DNA from: a virus
Strand: one strand, 5' to 3'
Virus record (IMG/VR): IMGVR_UViG_3300031857_000110
DNA length: 64,000 nucleotides
Of this stretch, positions 30,198 to 39,961 are shown one piece after another (within the stretch, counting starts at the first letter, position 1; each line of letters begins with the position of its first letter). Below the pieces are notes generated by a model. It was not told where the DNA came from. It saw only the letters and a list, made by a program, of their open reading frames with translations, and did no database searches. The translations under genes and the position numbers were made by a program.

Positions 30198-30781
30198 ACC
30201 CCATAAGAAAAACCAACTATCTTTCTATTGATTTAGAACTTAATACTGATGGAACACAAACATATGAAATTTGCGAAATTGGAGTAGCTCTAGGAAATAT
30301 TGATGAAATATTTTTAACAGATTCAAGGGTTATTAAAATTAAGCAGCCTCTATTTGAAAAAACTACAGAAATTACCAAAATTACACAAGAAGAGATTGAT
30401 TCTGGGATCTCATTAAATGAAGCTGCTCAATGGCTTTCTGAAATAATTGATACTCATAAGCCTTTTGTAAATCCAGTACAATGGGGTGTTAGTGATTCTT
30501 TTGAATTGTTAGCTGAATTTAAACAGAACAATATTAATTTTCCATATTTTGGAAGACGAATTATTGATGTAAAACACATCTTTCTTTTTATTGAAGCTGC
30601 ATATGGTAGAAGTCTTTCTGGTGGATTAAGAAGTGCAATGGGTAAACATAAGCTCAAATTTTTCGGTACTCCACATAGAGCAGAGTGTGATGCTCACAAT
30701 ACTTTAAGATTATTTTTTCACCTTTTGAAACGACAAAGAAGTCTTGAAGAAATTATAGTTAAATCTAAATCCATTTTTTAA
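30194..30781 (+). CDS. DEDDh 3'-5' exonuclease (DnaQ-like)
   Basis: Exo I LSIDLELN, C-terminal HRAECDAHNT (H-x4-D). Confidence 0.6.
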   Translation: MNPIRKTNYLSIDLELNTDGTQTYEICEIGVALGNIDEIFLTDSRVIKIKQPLFEKTTEITKITQEEIDSGISLNEAAQWLSEIIDTHKPFVNPVQWGVSDSFELLAEFKQNNINFPYFGRRIIDVKHIFLFIEAAYGRSLSGGLRSAMGKHKLKFFGTPHRAECDAHNTLRLFFHLLKRQRSLEEIIVKSKSIF

Positions 30782-30783
30782 TA

Positions 30784-31290
30784 ATGAAAATATATACTGG
30801 TATTGGAAGCCGTTCAACACCTGAACACATCATAACATTAATTCATGGAATTTCAAAAAAGTTGAATGAACAAGGATTTTTATTGAGATCTGGTGGAGCT
30901 AATGGGGCAGACTCGGCATTTGAGAAATTCTCAACAAATAGAGAAATCTATTTACCTTGGGATGGATTTAATAGAAGAACACATGATGGATCATCTTATT
31001 TTGAGTTTTTGAAGTGCCCTGCGTGGACCACAGCAACTTCTAGTGTTAATACTTTTCATCCATATCATGAAAAACTTTCATCATCTGCTAGACTTCTAAT
31101 GGCTCGCAATTTTATGCAAATTATGGGCGCAGACGGTAAGACTCCCACCAATTTTGTGATATGTTGGACTAAAGAGGGAAAAGATATTGGAGGAACTTCA
31201 CAGGCACTGAGAATCGCAAGACATGAAAATATTCCTGTTCTCAATTTGGGGAATCTTAAGATAGAAAGACACTTTACAAACTGGCTGTAA
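30784..31290 (+). CDS. DprA/Smf-like SLOG-domain protein
   Basis: GIGSRSTPE and LRSGGANGADSAFEKF resemble the DprA Rossmann-like signature; small (168 aa). Confidence 0.5.
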   Translation: MKIYTGIGSRSTPEHIITLIHGISKKLNEQGFLLRSGGANGADSAFEKFSTNREIYLPWDGFNRRTHDGSSYFEFLKCPAWTTATSSVNTFHPYHEKLSSSARLLMARNFMQIMGADGKTPTNFVICWTKEGKDIGGTSQALRIARHENIPVLNLGNLKIERHFTNWL

Positions 31291-31346
31291 AGTGATCTGT
31301 TGGTCTAAAAATTTTGATATGGTAAGCAAGATACACAAGAGAATTT

Positions 31347-32054
31347 ATGGATCTCATTCCAGTTTCTTCGGGCAGATTTGATTCATTTAGGTATCATAAT
31401 GAAACTTTCTATAGATTGAGATTTCAAGATGGTGCTAAATGGTATCGTTATCAATCATCGTTGGAAAGTTTTAAAGAGTTATTATGTGAATATATTTTAA
31501 TCTCAAAGTTAGAAGAAGAATATTCTCTTTTTATACGCCCAATTAAAAAACTCACCGAAAACAAGTCTGAACTTAATACAGAAGAAGTTTTCAATTTTGT
31601 GGTTGATGCAATTAAAAATAGAACCAATTATACAAGCTTCAATCAGCAGCCAAATAGTACCAATAAATTAATTGTAGAAAGTAACTCTAAATGCTCATCT
31701 CTCTATATCTGCAGTAAACGAGATGCATATCTGAATAGAAATACTGTGGCAGCATTTTATGATGACCATTGTATAGTGTTTCCATTAGAGAATGTCATCA
31801 GGGTAAATTTAAAGAAATTATATGGATTGTTGTTCTTATTTTTACACCGAGAATATTCAATTCAACTCTATCATTATAGAGAAAATAAAAATGGTTATAC
31901 CCAACAAATTTGGAGACATAAAATTAACCCATCTGCGAATAAAAATGAGAAGATGTTTAGAAATTTTGATGAACCAATTACAATACTTTTTCGTAAAATC
32001 ATTAATGATAATGATGACAATTTTACAAATTCCAATCATAAAACTGTCCACTAG
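31347..32054 (+). CDS. hypothetical protein
   Basis: ORF. Confidence 0.45.
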   Translation: MDLIPVSSGRFDSFRYHNETFYRLRFQDGAKWYRYQSSLESFKELLCEYILISKLEEEYSLFIRPIKKLTENKSELNTEEVFNFVVDAIKNRTNYTSFNQQPNSTNKLIVESNSKCSSLYICSKRDAYLNRNTVAAFYDDHCIVFPLENVIRVNLKKLYGLLFLFLHREYSIQLYHYRENKNGYTQQIWRHKINPSANKNEKMFRNFDEPITILFRKIINDNDDNFTNSNHKTVH

Positions 32055-32101
32055 AACCACCAAACCTTCCAATTTGATTCTAAAATATCAATGCCTTACA
32101 A

Positions 32102-32626
32102 ATGAAAACATGCATGTCAGTTCCTAAATTTAAGATTGGAGATATTATTATCTCTAAACTAGGTACAAAACCTGGTAAAATTACCTACACAACCTGGAGC
32201 GATTATTATGAAGTAACATATCTTCATAATAATCGCTCTGGGGCAATCTCAAAAACCAATGCAATTCTTTATCACGGAGACTCAACAATGACTCAAGATT
32301 CGCTATTTTCTTTCATCAAAGATGATGGATCCATCGGATATGCAACATACCTTGCAACCAATAGTGCAGGAGAATGGGTGGTTGAAGAGAAAGGTAGCTC
32401 AGTTATTCATACCAAACCTAAAGATAGCTTCACTGAAGTTGTTCCATTTACATTTTCTGCAAAATCTGGAAGTCAGACTGTTTCTTTTACCTGCGATGAA
32501 TATAAAGTCTTAGTTGGTGAGCTTCTTCTCCTTGATGGTTCAATTTATCAAGTTACAGGATTAAATACAAAGGCTAAAAATGCACCAAAATTCACTGGAG
32601 TACGCCTAGTAACCAAACCCTTTTGA
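32102..32626 (+). CDS. hypothetical protein
   Basis: ORF. Confidence 0.45.
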   Translation: MKTCMSVPKFKIGDIIISKLGTKPGKITYTTWSDYYEVTYLHNNRSGAISKTNAILYHGDSTMTQDSLFSFIKDDGSIGYATYLATNSAGEWVVEEKGSSVIHTKPKDSFTEVVPFTFSAKSGSQTVSFTCDEYKVLVGELLLLDGSIYQVTGLNTKAKNAPKFTGVRLVTKPF

Positions 32627-32688
32627 TAATATTTGGGGCTCAATTTAATGAGCCCTTTCCATTAATTAAAACCATCTAATAAATCACC

Positions 32689-34233
32689 ATGTCACTTAAA
32701 ATTTCCGAAAAAGCTAATCTTAATTATCTTGCAAAAGTTGTAAAACTAACAAATCTTAGAAAGCATCCAAATGCAGATAAATTACAGATAACCACTATTG
32801 ATGGAAATAATATCATTACTGGCTTAGATGCTAAGGATGGTGATCTTTATGTGTATTTTTCTCTTGAAAGTTCAATCAATTTGAATTATATTTCATTTTC
32901 AAATGGATTTAGGGAAAGCTCTTTAAATACTAATAAAGAAGTTGTTGGATTTTTTGAACCAAGAGGTAGAGTGCGGGCGATCTCTCTTCGGGGTGAAAAA
33001 TCATGTGGATATATTTGTCCAGTAAAAAATATCAATGAATGGCTTAATACCTTTACGTCTTTCAATATTACTGAAGAACATCAAGATGTAGAATTTGATA
33101 TGATTTGTGATACGGTAATGTGCGAAAAATATATAAATCGTGAAGCACTTCTTAAAATCTTAAAGGCCAATAAAACTCCAAAGGGTATTAAAAAATTAGC
33201 AAAAGAAACAAAGCTAATTGAAGGTCAATTCGCATTTCATGTTGATACTGCACATCTTCAAAAATATATCTATAAAATCAATCCGCATGATATCATTCAT
33301 ATTTCCAAAAAGCTTCATGGAACTTCTGCTATTGTTGGAAATATTTTGTGTAAGCGTAAATTATCGCTTAAAGATTCCATTGCAAGATTTTTTGGGGTAA
33401 ATGTAAATGAAACAGAATATCAATTGATTTGGTCTTCTAGAACAGTTGTAAAGAATGGCAACTATTATTTGTCTTGGCAAGAAACCCTCTGGAAAAATTT
33501 TCTATATTATCTCAGCAGTTACAAAAAACCATTTGAATCTTGGGTATCCTTGATTTTAGCTGAAGGTGACCAGAAAAGAGAAGAATTTTTTGGTGATTTG
33601 CAATATCATAGATCAACTCCTTTGCAACTCTATAAAGATTTGCAAGAGTGGAGTAAAATTATCAAAAATCCACAAACATCTAATCATTATTATTCATATG
33701 ATATTTGGAGGGATGTTGCTATCCAGCTTGAAGATTTTCTTTATAAAGGAATGACATTTTATTGTGAAGTTGTTGGTTATACAAAGGAAGGAGCATATCT
33801 TCAAAAGGGTTATGACTATGGTTGCGATCTAGGAAACTTTGCAATTTACATCTATCGCATCACATATACAAATCCTTCAGGGAAGATATTTGAATTTTCA
33901 ACTCAGCAAGTGAAGGCATATTGCAATAAACTTGGCCTAAACATGGTCCCAGAACTTTATTATGGGAGAGCAAAAGACCTATTTGACATTCCTGTAGATG
34001 ATAATTGGCATGATAATTTTATTGAATTAGTTAGCCAGAATTATCTTGAAAAGGATTGTGACATGTGTGTAAATAAAGTTCCAGATGAAGGTATTGTACT
34101 CCGTAAGGAAGATATTGACATTGAACCATACAAATATATAAGTTTTGCATTTAAACTGCGAGAAACAAAAAATGCAGATAATGGCGAAATTGATCTAGAA
34201 ACAATTGAATCTGAACAGTTAGGTGATGCATAA
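32689..34233 (+). CDS. RNA ligase (Rnl2-like nucleotidyltransferase) with N-terminal tRNA-binding OB (EMAP/Myf-like) domain
   Basis: N-terminus LRKHPNADKLQITTIDGNNIITGLDAKDGDLYV matches the tRNA-binding domain signature; motif I KLHGTS, motif IV EGIVLRKE, motif V FKL. Confidence 0.65.
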   Translation: MSLKISEKANLNYLAKVVKLTNLRKHPNADKLQITTIDGNNIITGLDAKDGDLYVYFSLESSINLNYISFSNGFRESSLNTNKEVVGFFEPRGRVRAISLRGEKSCGYICPVKNINEWLNTFTSFNITEEHQDVEFDMICDTVMCEKYINREALLKILKANKTPKGIKKLAKETKLIEGQFAFHVDTAHLQKYIYKINPHDIIHISKKLHGTSAIVGNILCKRKLSLKDSIARFFGVNVNETEYQLIWSSRTVVKNGNYYLSWQETLWKNFLYYLSSYKKPFESWVSLILAEGDQKREEFFGDLQYHRSTPLQLYKDLQEWSKIIKNPQTSNHYYSYDIWRDVAIQLEDFLYKGMTFYCEVVGYTKEGAYLQKGYDYGCDLGNFAIYIYRITYTNPSGKIFEFSTQQVKAYCNKLGLNMVPELYYGRAKDLFDIPVDDNWHDNFIELVSQNYLEKDCDMCVNKVPDEGIVLRKEDIDIEPYKYISFAFKLRETKNADNGEIDLETIESEQLGDA

Positions 34234-34276
34234 TAATTATCCTTTACTTTAACATTATTGTATTGTTTCTAAACCA

Positions 34277-34645
34277 GTGAAAATCTCCACCACCCATCAA
34301 AAATTTGCAGATCAGTTAGGCGACCAAACTGCTCTAGAATACCCTGAACGTTTTCTAGGACCTAATTGGAAGGATTTTTTGAACTTCTGGATTTATTTGG
34401 ACACTTTAAGCGCCGAAAAGCGTAAGATAGTTAGTAAGCGCTATAGTGCTTTAGCTGATACTTCAGTAATAAGTTTAACTCATGGTTCTCACTGGGTTCT
34501 TACATGGAATGCTGCTCAAGATATTATAGGTAATGAATGTGTATGGTCAGCTTTCCGGGTGATTGGGAGCAGTGTGAACATTGAACTCATCGCTTCACAT
34601 AAACTTGAGTCTCTTAAGTTTCTTCCCCTGTTTTTGAATTTATGA
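34277..34645 (+). CDS. family-A member 7 (GTG start)
   Basis: Conserved blocks. Confidence 0.7.
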   Translation: MKISTTHQKFADQLGDQTALEYPERFLGPNWKDFLNFWIYLDTLSAEKRKIVSKRYSALADTSVISLTHGSHWVLTWNAAQDIIGNECVWSAFRVIGSSVNIELIASHKLESLKFLPLFLNL

Positions 34646-34995
34646 AAATCTCTAGAACACATAAAAGATTTGCCGATCATTTAGATGACCAAACTGCTTT
34701 AGAATACCCTGAACGATTTCTAGGACCCAATTGGAAAGATGTACTGAACTTTTGGATTTATTACGATACTTTGAGTGATGATGTTCTTAGGTTAATTATT
34801 AGGCGCCATCAGGCTATAGAGGATTTAAATTATGTAAAGAATCTTTCTTGGAATGCTGCTGAAAATACTATAGGTGAGTATTATACGCGGGTAGCTTATG
34901 ATGTTACACATTCTCTTAGTTATTTAACCTGCGAACTCATTGGTTCACATAAGCTTGAGACTCTCAATTTTCTTCCTTTGTTTTTGAATTTATGA
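34642..34995 (+). CDS. family-A member 8
   Basis: Conserved blocks; ATGA overlaps on both sides. Confidence 0.75.
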   Translation: MKISRTHKRFADHLDDQTALEYPERFLGPNWKDVLNFWIYYDTLSDDVLRLIIRRHQAIEDLNYVKNLSWNAAENTIGEYYTRVAYDVTHSLSYLTCELIGSHKLETLNFLPLFLNL

Positions 34996-35450
34996 AACAT
35001 CTTCCATCTCTGCTTATTTTATGTGGACTTCCTGGTTCAGGTAAGAGCACTTATTGTAAACAATATTCAAATTCAAATTTTGTAAGACTTTCATCAGATG
35101 ATTATATTGAAAAAGTGGCAAGAGACCAAGGAAAAACATACAATGAAGTTTTTTCATATGCAATTAGAGATGCTGATAGATATTTTAAACAAAAATTAGA
35201 CTATTATGCAGACACTGAATATAACATAATTATTGATAGAACAAATCTTACTGTAAAAACTAGAAGAAAGATTATCAACAAATTTAAAAATCATCAAAAG
35301 ATGATTGTATTTTTTAATGTGCCATTAAATACCATAAAAGAAAGAAACATCAGGCCTGGAAAAATATTTTCTGAAGAAATGTTAGATGATATGTATAGTA
35401 GATTGGAAATACCAACAGAACTTGAAGCTCAAGTTGTGACAGTTAGCTAA
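34992..35450 (+). CDS. P-loop polynucleotide 5'-kinase (T4 Pnk kinase-domain-like)
   Basis: Walker A GLPGSGKST and IIDRTNL (compare T4 Pnk IISDTNL). Confidence 0.65.
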   Translation: MKHLPSLLILCGLPGSGKSTYCKQYSNSNFVRLSSDDYIEKVARDQGKTYNEVFSYAIRDADRYFKQKLDYYADTEYNIIIDRTNLTVKTRRKIINKFKNHQKMIVFFNVPLNTIKERNIRPGKIFSEEMLDDMYSRLEIPTELEAQVVTVS

Positions 35451-35501
35451 CTGTCCAAAGGTGACAGACTACAAAGGTACTCAATGTTATGATATGTATT
35501 A

Positions 35502-36206
35502 TTGATTCGGAAACTAATGAATTGCGTTCTTGTTGGGGACATTCATTCTCAATTTTCAAAACTTCAAAATGCTCTTAATTACATTGAAAATACTATTGAG
35601 GATTATTATATCATATTTTTAGGAGATGCATTTGATTCAAGATGTGAAGAATCAAATTCTGTTGGAGTCTACAAAACAATTAAAAATTTACAAGATAAAA
35701 ACAAAGCAACTCTCATTCATTCAAATCATCAATGGAAACTTCAACGATATCTTTATGGAAATCCTGTAAGAATTGATCAATCTCTACAGAGAACTCTTGA
35801 TGATTTTCAGAGTTCAGATGTTACATCTATTGAACTTTTAACTTGGCTTGAGTCTTTACCATTTGCTTGTGCATTTAAAGATATTAATGAACAAGAATAT
35901 CGCTGCGCCCATGCATATCATAGTTCTAAGCTTCTTATTCCTAGAACTTATGATGGCATACATTGTACTTATAAAGTAAGTGCAAAAATGCGAGATAAAT
36001 TGATTTATGGTGCATTATATGAGGGAACCCGGCTGTCATGGTGGGAACATGAATCAACAAATGAATGGATTCGGGTTTCTGGACATTATCATACTGTTGA
36101 AATCTCATATACAAAAAAAGCATTGGTATTGGATTCATGTTGCGGGGATGAAAATGGTCTTCTCTCTGTTTTTAATGTAAACACATGGGAGATTTTTCAA
36201 TTTTGA
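35502..36206 (+). CDS. calcineurin-like metallophosphoesterase (candidate 2',3'-phosphatase, bacterial Pnkp-like)
   Basis: GDIHS, GDAFDSR, SNHQ motifs. Confidence 0.6.
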   Translation: MIRKLMNCVLVGDIHSQFSKLQNALNYIENTIEDYYIIFLGDAFDSRCEESNSVGVYKTIKNLQDKNKATLIHSNHQWKLQRYLYGNPVRIDQSLQRTLDDFQSSDVTSIELLTWLESLPFACAFKDINEQEYRCAHAYHSSKLLIPRTYDGIHCTYKVSAKMRDKLIYGALYEGTRLSWWEHESTNEWIRVSGHYHTVEISYTKKALVLDSCCGDENGLLSVFNVNTWEIFQF

Positions 36207-36727
36207 ATATTAAGGATCATCTTATTGAAAGACATGTTGATCTAAATCTGCATAAGCCACTTCTAGATGATGAAAACATCTCTGCCATATTTTTATGCTA
36301 TAATTTATCTGGACAATTATGTGGCTATCAGAGATATAGGCCATTAGGAGATAAAAAGATTTTTAATAATCCATATCATGGTCGGTATTACACATATAGA
36401 AAGCAACAAACTGTTACAGTTTGGGGAGCAGAATCTTATTTCATTTCAAATGGCCCAATCTTTATAACTGAGGGAATTTTTGATGCAGCAAGAATTACAG
36501 AAAGAAATTGTAGTGCCTTTGCTATGTTATGTAATAGTCCACCAAAAGACTATAAAAATTGGCTCCAAATGTTAGCTAGACCAACTATTGCAATTTGCGA
36601 TAATGATCAGGCTGGCATTGAGCTTTCCAAGTTTACTGATTTTTATGAGATTGCTCCAGATGGTGATTTAGGTTCTTCTCCAAATGACTACGTTTCTTAT
36701 CTTTTAACTAAATATGCCAGTCTTTGA
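36185..36727 (+). CDS. Toprim-domain protein
   Basis: ITEGIFDA conserved Glu and ICDNDQAG DxD motif. Confidence 0.5.
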   Translation: MGDFSILNIKDHLIERHVDLNLHKPLLDDENISAIFLCYNLSGQLCGYQRYRPLGDKKIFNNPYHGRYYTYRKQQTVTVWGAESYFISNGPIFITEGIFDAARITERNCSAFAMLCNSPPKDYKNWLQMLARPTIAICDNDQAGIELSKFTDFYEIAPDGDLGSSPNDYVSYLLTKYASL

Positions 36728-36927
36728 AGTGTCCATTCTAAGTGAACTTTATTAAAATCTCTGCTAAGTTAATAAAACCTCCTGAGGAATTCTAAATTTA
36801 TGATTCGCGCTCCTCCCAATCAACCAACTGTCCACTCTCTCACCCAAACTCACAGATCTCTGTTATCTTATAGGGGTGAGAGACAAAAACTCTCCACAAA
36901 CCCTCAACTCTACAAAATAACTGCATT

Positions 36928-37197
36928 ATGTCTTCTTTCTCTAACGCTCTTCAGCAACAAGATCCTTCTGCTGTTGTGTATCTGGATGTGAACGGTAACG
37001 TGATCGCTCTGATGCCCAACGAATACGAGGGGAAAACCCTGACCCAACTTTTCACCGACTTTGGTTCCCGACTCGGCACTAACGTTTCCCGCGTTACAAG
37101 CTTCACTATCAATGGTCAACAAGTGGGCGCCACCGCCGTTGTCCGCCCAGGCGAAACCGTTCGCGGCAACGTTCAAACTGACAGCAAGCAAGCCTGA
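36928..37197 (+). CDS. small GC-rich protein (89 aa), candidate beta-grasp or ubiquitin-like partner
   Basis: Size and position upstream of JAB and E1 genes; high-GC codons; no C-terminal GG. Confidence 0.35.
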   Translation: MSSFSNALQQQDPSAVVYLDVNGNVIALMPNEYEGKTLTQLFTDFGSRLGTNVSRVTSFTINGQQVGATAVVRPGETVRGNVQTDSKQA

Positions 37198-37213
37198 TCA
37201 TCCTTCAGATTAA

Positions 37214-38377
37214 TTGACCATGAGTCTACCTAGTTTCTGGGTAGACTCTATTTCTTTATCTTTTATTATGACATCTTCTAGATTCCTAAATCTTTATGCT
37301 AATTATCATGGTGATCAAACCGTTCTTGAGAATCCTGAGCAAGTTCTAGGACCAAATTGTAAAAGTATTTTAGACTTTTGGGAGAGCCTAGATGAAAGTG
37401 TTCTTAGAACTGAATTTGATGGTTCATTTGAGATCTATTCCTGTCCATGGGGGAAATATCTTAGGCCTTGCCGGGATCCTCTAGCTAATTCAGTAATAAC
37501 AAAAGAAAATTATGATAAGTTTGAAGTCGCAGAAAATGTCAATAAAATTCCATCAGATATTTGGACTGCATGGATTCTTCTCTGTTTTCATTTTGTGGAT
37601 AAAGTTCCAACAAAAATGGAAGTTCTTGTTCGTTTCTTGAGAAATGAAGAAAATCCATCTCAATTTATGGCAGTCGTCCCTAAACAATCTGTTACAGGGG
37701 TATCAGTAAAAGTTGGAAACTTTAATGATTGCTGTAACCTCTTAACTGGAGAAAAATACACATCATATCCACCAGAAGGTTGGATTCCATGTGGTTCTAG
37801 TCATAGCCATAATACATTGTTTTCTGGCTGGAGTGATGAAGATAATAAATATGAAATTCCAGATCCAGGGATTCATATTACGGTTGGGGAAATCAACTCA
37901 ACAAAACGAACATATCAAATTGCCGCTTCAGTGACAGGAAATTTGAAAAGATTCAAGATTAATTATACTCATCTCATTGATACAACATTTGATGAAGACT
38001 CTAAATTTCATAAAAATGTATTAGAATATGTTGAAATTAGTACAACAAAATATCAATCATGGCCTACGAATGTTAATTATAAACCCCTGCAGCGAAAACT
38101 TCCTCCAGCCAAAACAACTTTCAGCAATATTGAAGAATATCGTGAGTTTATGTATGGGGAATTCACTGATTTTGATGCCTATAAAAAAATTAGTAGAGAT
38201 CCATTTCATTATAGCGATTCGTTTAGATATGTAACTAATACATTAGAGGTTCATCAAATAGCTGATAGCATTGAAGATTTTATCAAAGAGAATCGCAATG
38301 ATGCTGATCAACTAGAAGAGTTGCAAAATACTCTGTCTTCATGTCTTATTGATCTTCAACTTGAACTAAACTCATGA
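37214..38377 (+). CDS. family-A N-terminal module fused to JAB/MPN+ (JAMM) metalloprotease-like domain
   Basis: N-terminus ENPEQVLGPNCKSILDFWESLDES aligns to the family-A block; HSHNTLFSGWSDED matches the JAMM motif HxHx7Sx2D exactly. Confidence 0.5.
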   Translation: MTMSLPSFWVDSISLSFIMTSSRFLNLYANYHGDQTVLENPEQVLGPNCKSILDFWESLDESVLRTEFDGSFEIYSCPWGKYLRPCRDPLANSVITKENYDKFEVAENVNKIPSDIWTAWILLCFHFVDKVPTKMEVLVRFLRNEENPSQFMAVVPKQSVTGVSVKVGNFNDCCNLLTGEKYTSYPPEGWIPCGSSHSHNTLFSGWSDEDNKYEIPDPGIHITVGEINSTKRTYQIAASVTGNLKRFKINYTHLIDTTFDEDSKFHKNVLEYVEISTTKYQSWPTNVNYKPLQRKLPPAKTTFSNIEEYREFMYGEFTDFDAYKKISRDPFHYSDSFRYVTNTLEVHQIADSIEDFIKENRNDADQLEELQNTLSSCLIDLQLELNS

Positions 38378-39195
38378 CATCCATTCTTTTTCCCGAAACG
38401 CTTCCTTCTGGGCTTGTTAATCTATTTCCACCAAAAATCAGTGCAATTTCATATAATTATTCTGGAGATGGATTGCTTTTAAGGGCTCATATGAAAGATA
38501 AATTTAGACGTTTGCAACAAGATGGTGAATATGCTGCAAACTTTCTTATGTGTCCCATGATTTTTCAGCAAACTTTGGAAATTAATAACCCTGAAACTAG
38601 ATTTCAAGTAAGAGAAACTCCCAGCCATTATCCAGAAACCAGAGTATATTTACAGGGAACAAAAATAGTAGATAATAATATTTTTACAACAGTAAAGGAT
38701 AATATGTCAAATGTATGTGATAGCACTTTTTTAGTTTGCTGGGGTGGAAATTTTAATGTAAAGAGTATAAAAACAATGAAAGGATTTATTGATCTTTTCT
38801 TTAATAGTTATTTTAATGGTGATTATACTTCACCAAAGGCATTAAGGACATCTGAAGAAAATTGTATTGAGATTAGAGGTGAAATTGCAGAAGATTCTTT
38901 TGAGGCCACTAATTATAAGCTCATTTCAAAGGATGCAAATGCAATCTATACTATTCATAGGCATGATAATCCTTCCATTTTCTTTTGGCTTAAATCTGCC
39001 GGATTTAATCCAATTGTAGAAAATTCTGACATTATGTTAGTTCCACTTAAGAGTGTTATCCTAACGGATAATGGAATTGATTATCCTGGATTTGTAACAC
39101 CTATTGATCTTTGCCGTAAGAAATGGTTCATTCTCCCTGATGGGAAATTTGTTGGGCAGATGTCCAGTTCACAGACTGTCCGTAACCCCACGTAA
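38374..39195 (+). CDS. hypothetical protein (273 aa), operon partner of JAB and E1
   Basis: ATGA overlap with upstream gene; no secure motif. Confidence 0.45.
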   Translation: MTSILFPETLPSGLVNLFPPKISAISYNYSGDGLLLRAHMKDKFRRLQQDGEYAANFLMCPMIFQQTLEINNPETRFQVRETPSHYPETRVYLQGTKIVDNNIFTTVKDNMSNVCDSTFLVCWGGNFNVKSIKTMKGFIDLFFNSYFNGDYTSPKALRTSEENCIEIRGEIAEDSFEATNYKLISKDANAIYTIHRHDNPSIFFWLKSAGFNPIVENSDIMLVPLKSVILTDNGIDYPGFVTPIDLCRKKWFILPDGKFVGQMSSSQTVRNPT

Positions 39196-39242
39196 AATCC
39201 CTAAAACCTCCTAGATTAAAAAAGCCTACAACACACTCAAAA

Positions 39243-39956
39243 ATGTTTGATAAAGTTTATCTGCTCGGAATTGGCGGGGGTGGAAGTCACCTTGCTCCAG
39301 TTCTCGTCCAAACTCTCCGCTCACACCCAAAAACTTCATATAGTACAATCACCTTTATTGATGGTGATAAATTTGAGAAAAAAAACCAGAGCCGACAGCT
39401 TATGGAGCCTAGCGATGTTGGCCTTAACAAGGCTACTTCAGTTGCTAGAATCTGTGAAGATCGTGGATTTTCTGATGTATATTCAATTGAAGATTATGCA
39501 AACTTTGAGAATCTAGTTCCACTTCTTGAAGATGCTCAGTCTCCACTTGTGATTGCATGTGTAGATAACAATGCAACCAGGGCAGCTATCATTGATGCGA
39601 TCCAAAAAGTTTGCATTGATGATAACAAGAAGAACTTCTTCTTTATCACACCTGGTAATAGTGATGCGACCGAAGACCCTAAGGGTCAAGTTTGTTGGTG
39701 GGGGGCAATCAACGGGAAAACTTATGGTCAAAACCCCAAAGAATATGATCTAGACATTCAAAATCCTGATGATTTTATTCCAAGGATTGGTGGATGTATG
39801 GATATGAGCGAATCTCATCCACAAGTTCTTTCAGCAAATCATCTTGCGGTGTCTCTCACCCTTTCTCTCGTTCAAACACTGTTGGATGAGAAATTGGATC
39901 ATCGTAAGTCTCAAATTCGCTTCAACTGCTACAATCTTACCACTGCCATTTCCTGA
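39243..39956 (+). CDS. E1-like / ThiF-MoeB family adenylyltransferase
   Basis: GIGGGGS Rossmann loop; IDGDKFEKKNQSRQLMEPSDVGLNKATSV matches the ThiF D-x-D...N-R-Q...G-x-K block; IACVDNNATRAAI. Confidence 0.65.
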   Translation: MFDKVYLLGIGGGGSHLAPVLVQTLRSHPKTSYSTITFIDGDKFEKKNQSRQLMEPSDVGLNKATSVARICEDRGFSDVYSIEDYANFENLVPLLEDAQSPLVIACVDNNATRAAIIDAIQKVCIDDNKKNFFFITPGNSDATEDPKGQVCWWGAINGKTYGQNPKEYDLDIQNPDDFIPRIGGCMDMSESHPQVLSANHLAVSLTLSLVQTLLDEKLDHRKSQIRFNCYNLTTAIS

Positions 39957-39961
39957 AAATC

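Noticed and set aside
36928-37197. Confident ubiquitin-like (ThiS/MoaD) call for the 89-aa GC-rich protein
   Set aside because: No C-terminal Gly-Gly (it ends ...VRGNVQTDSKQA). It is kept only as a low-confidence candidate that would require JAB processing.
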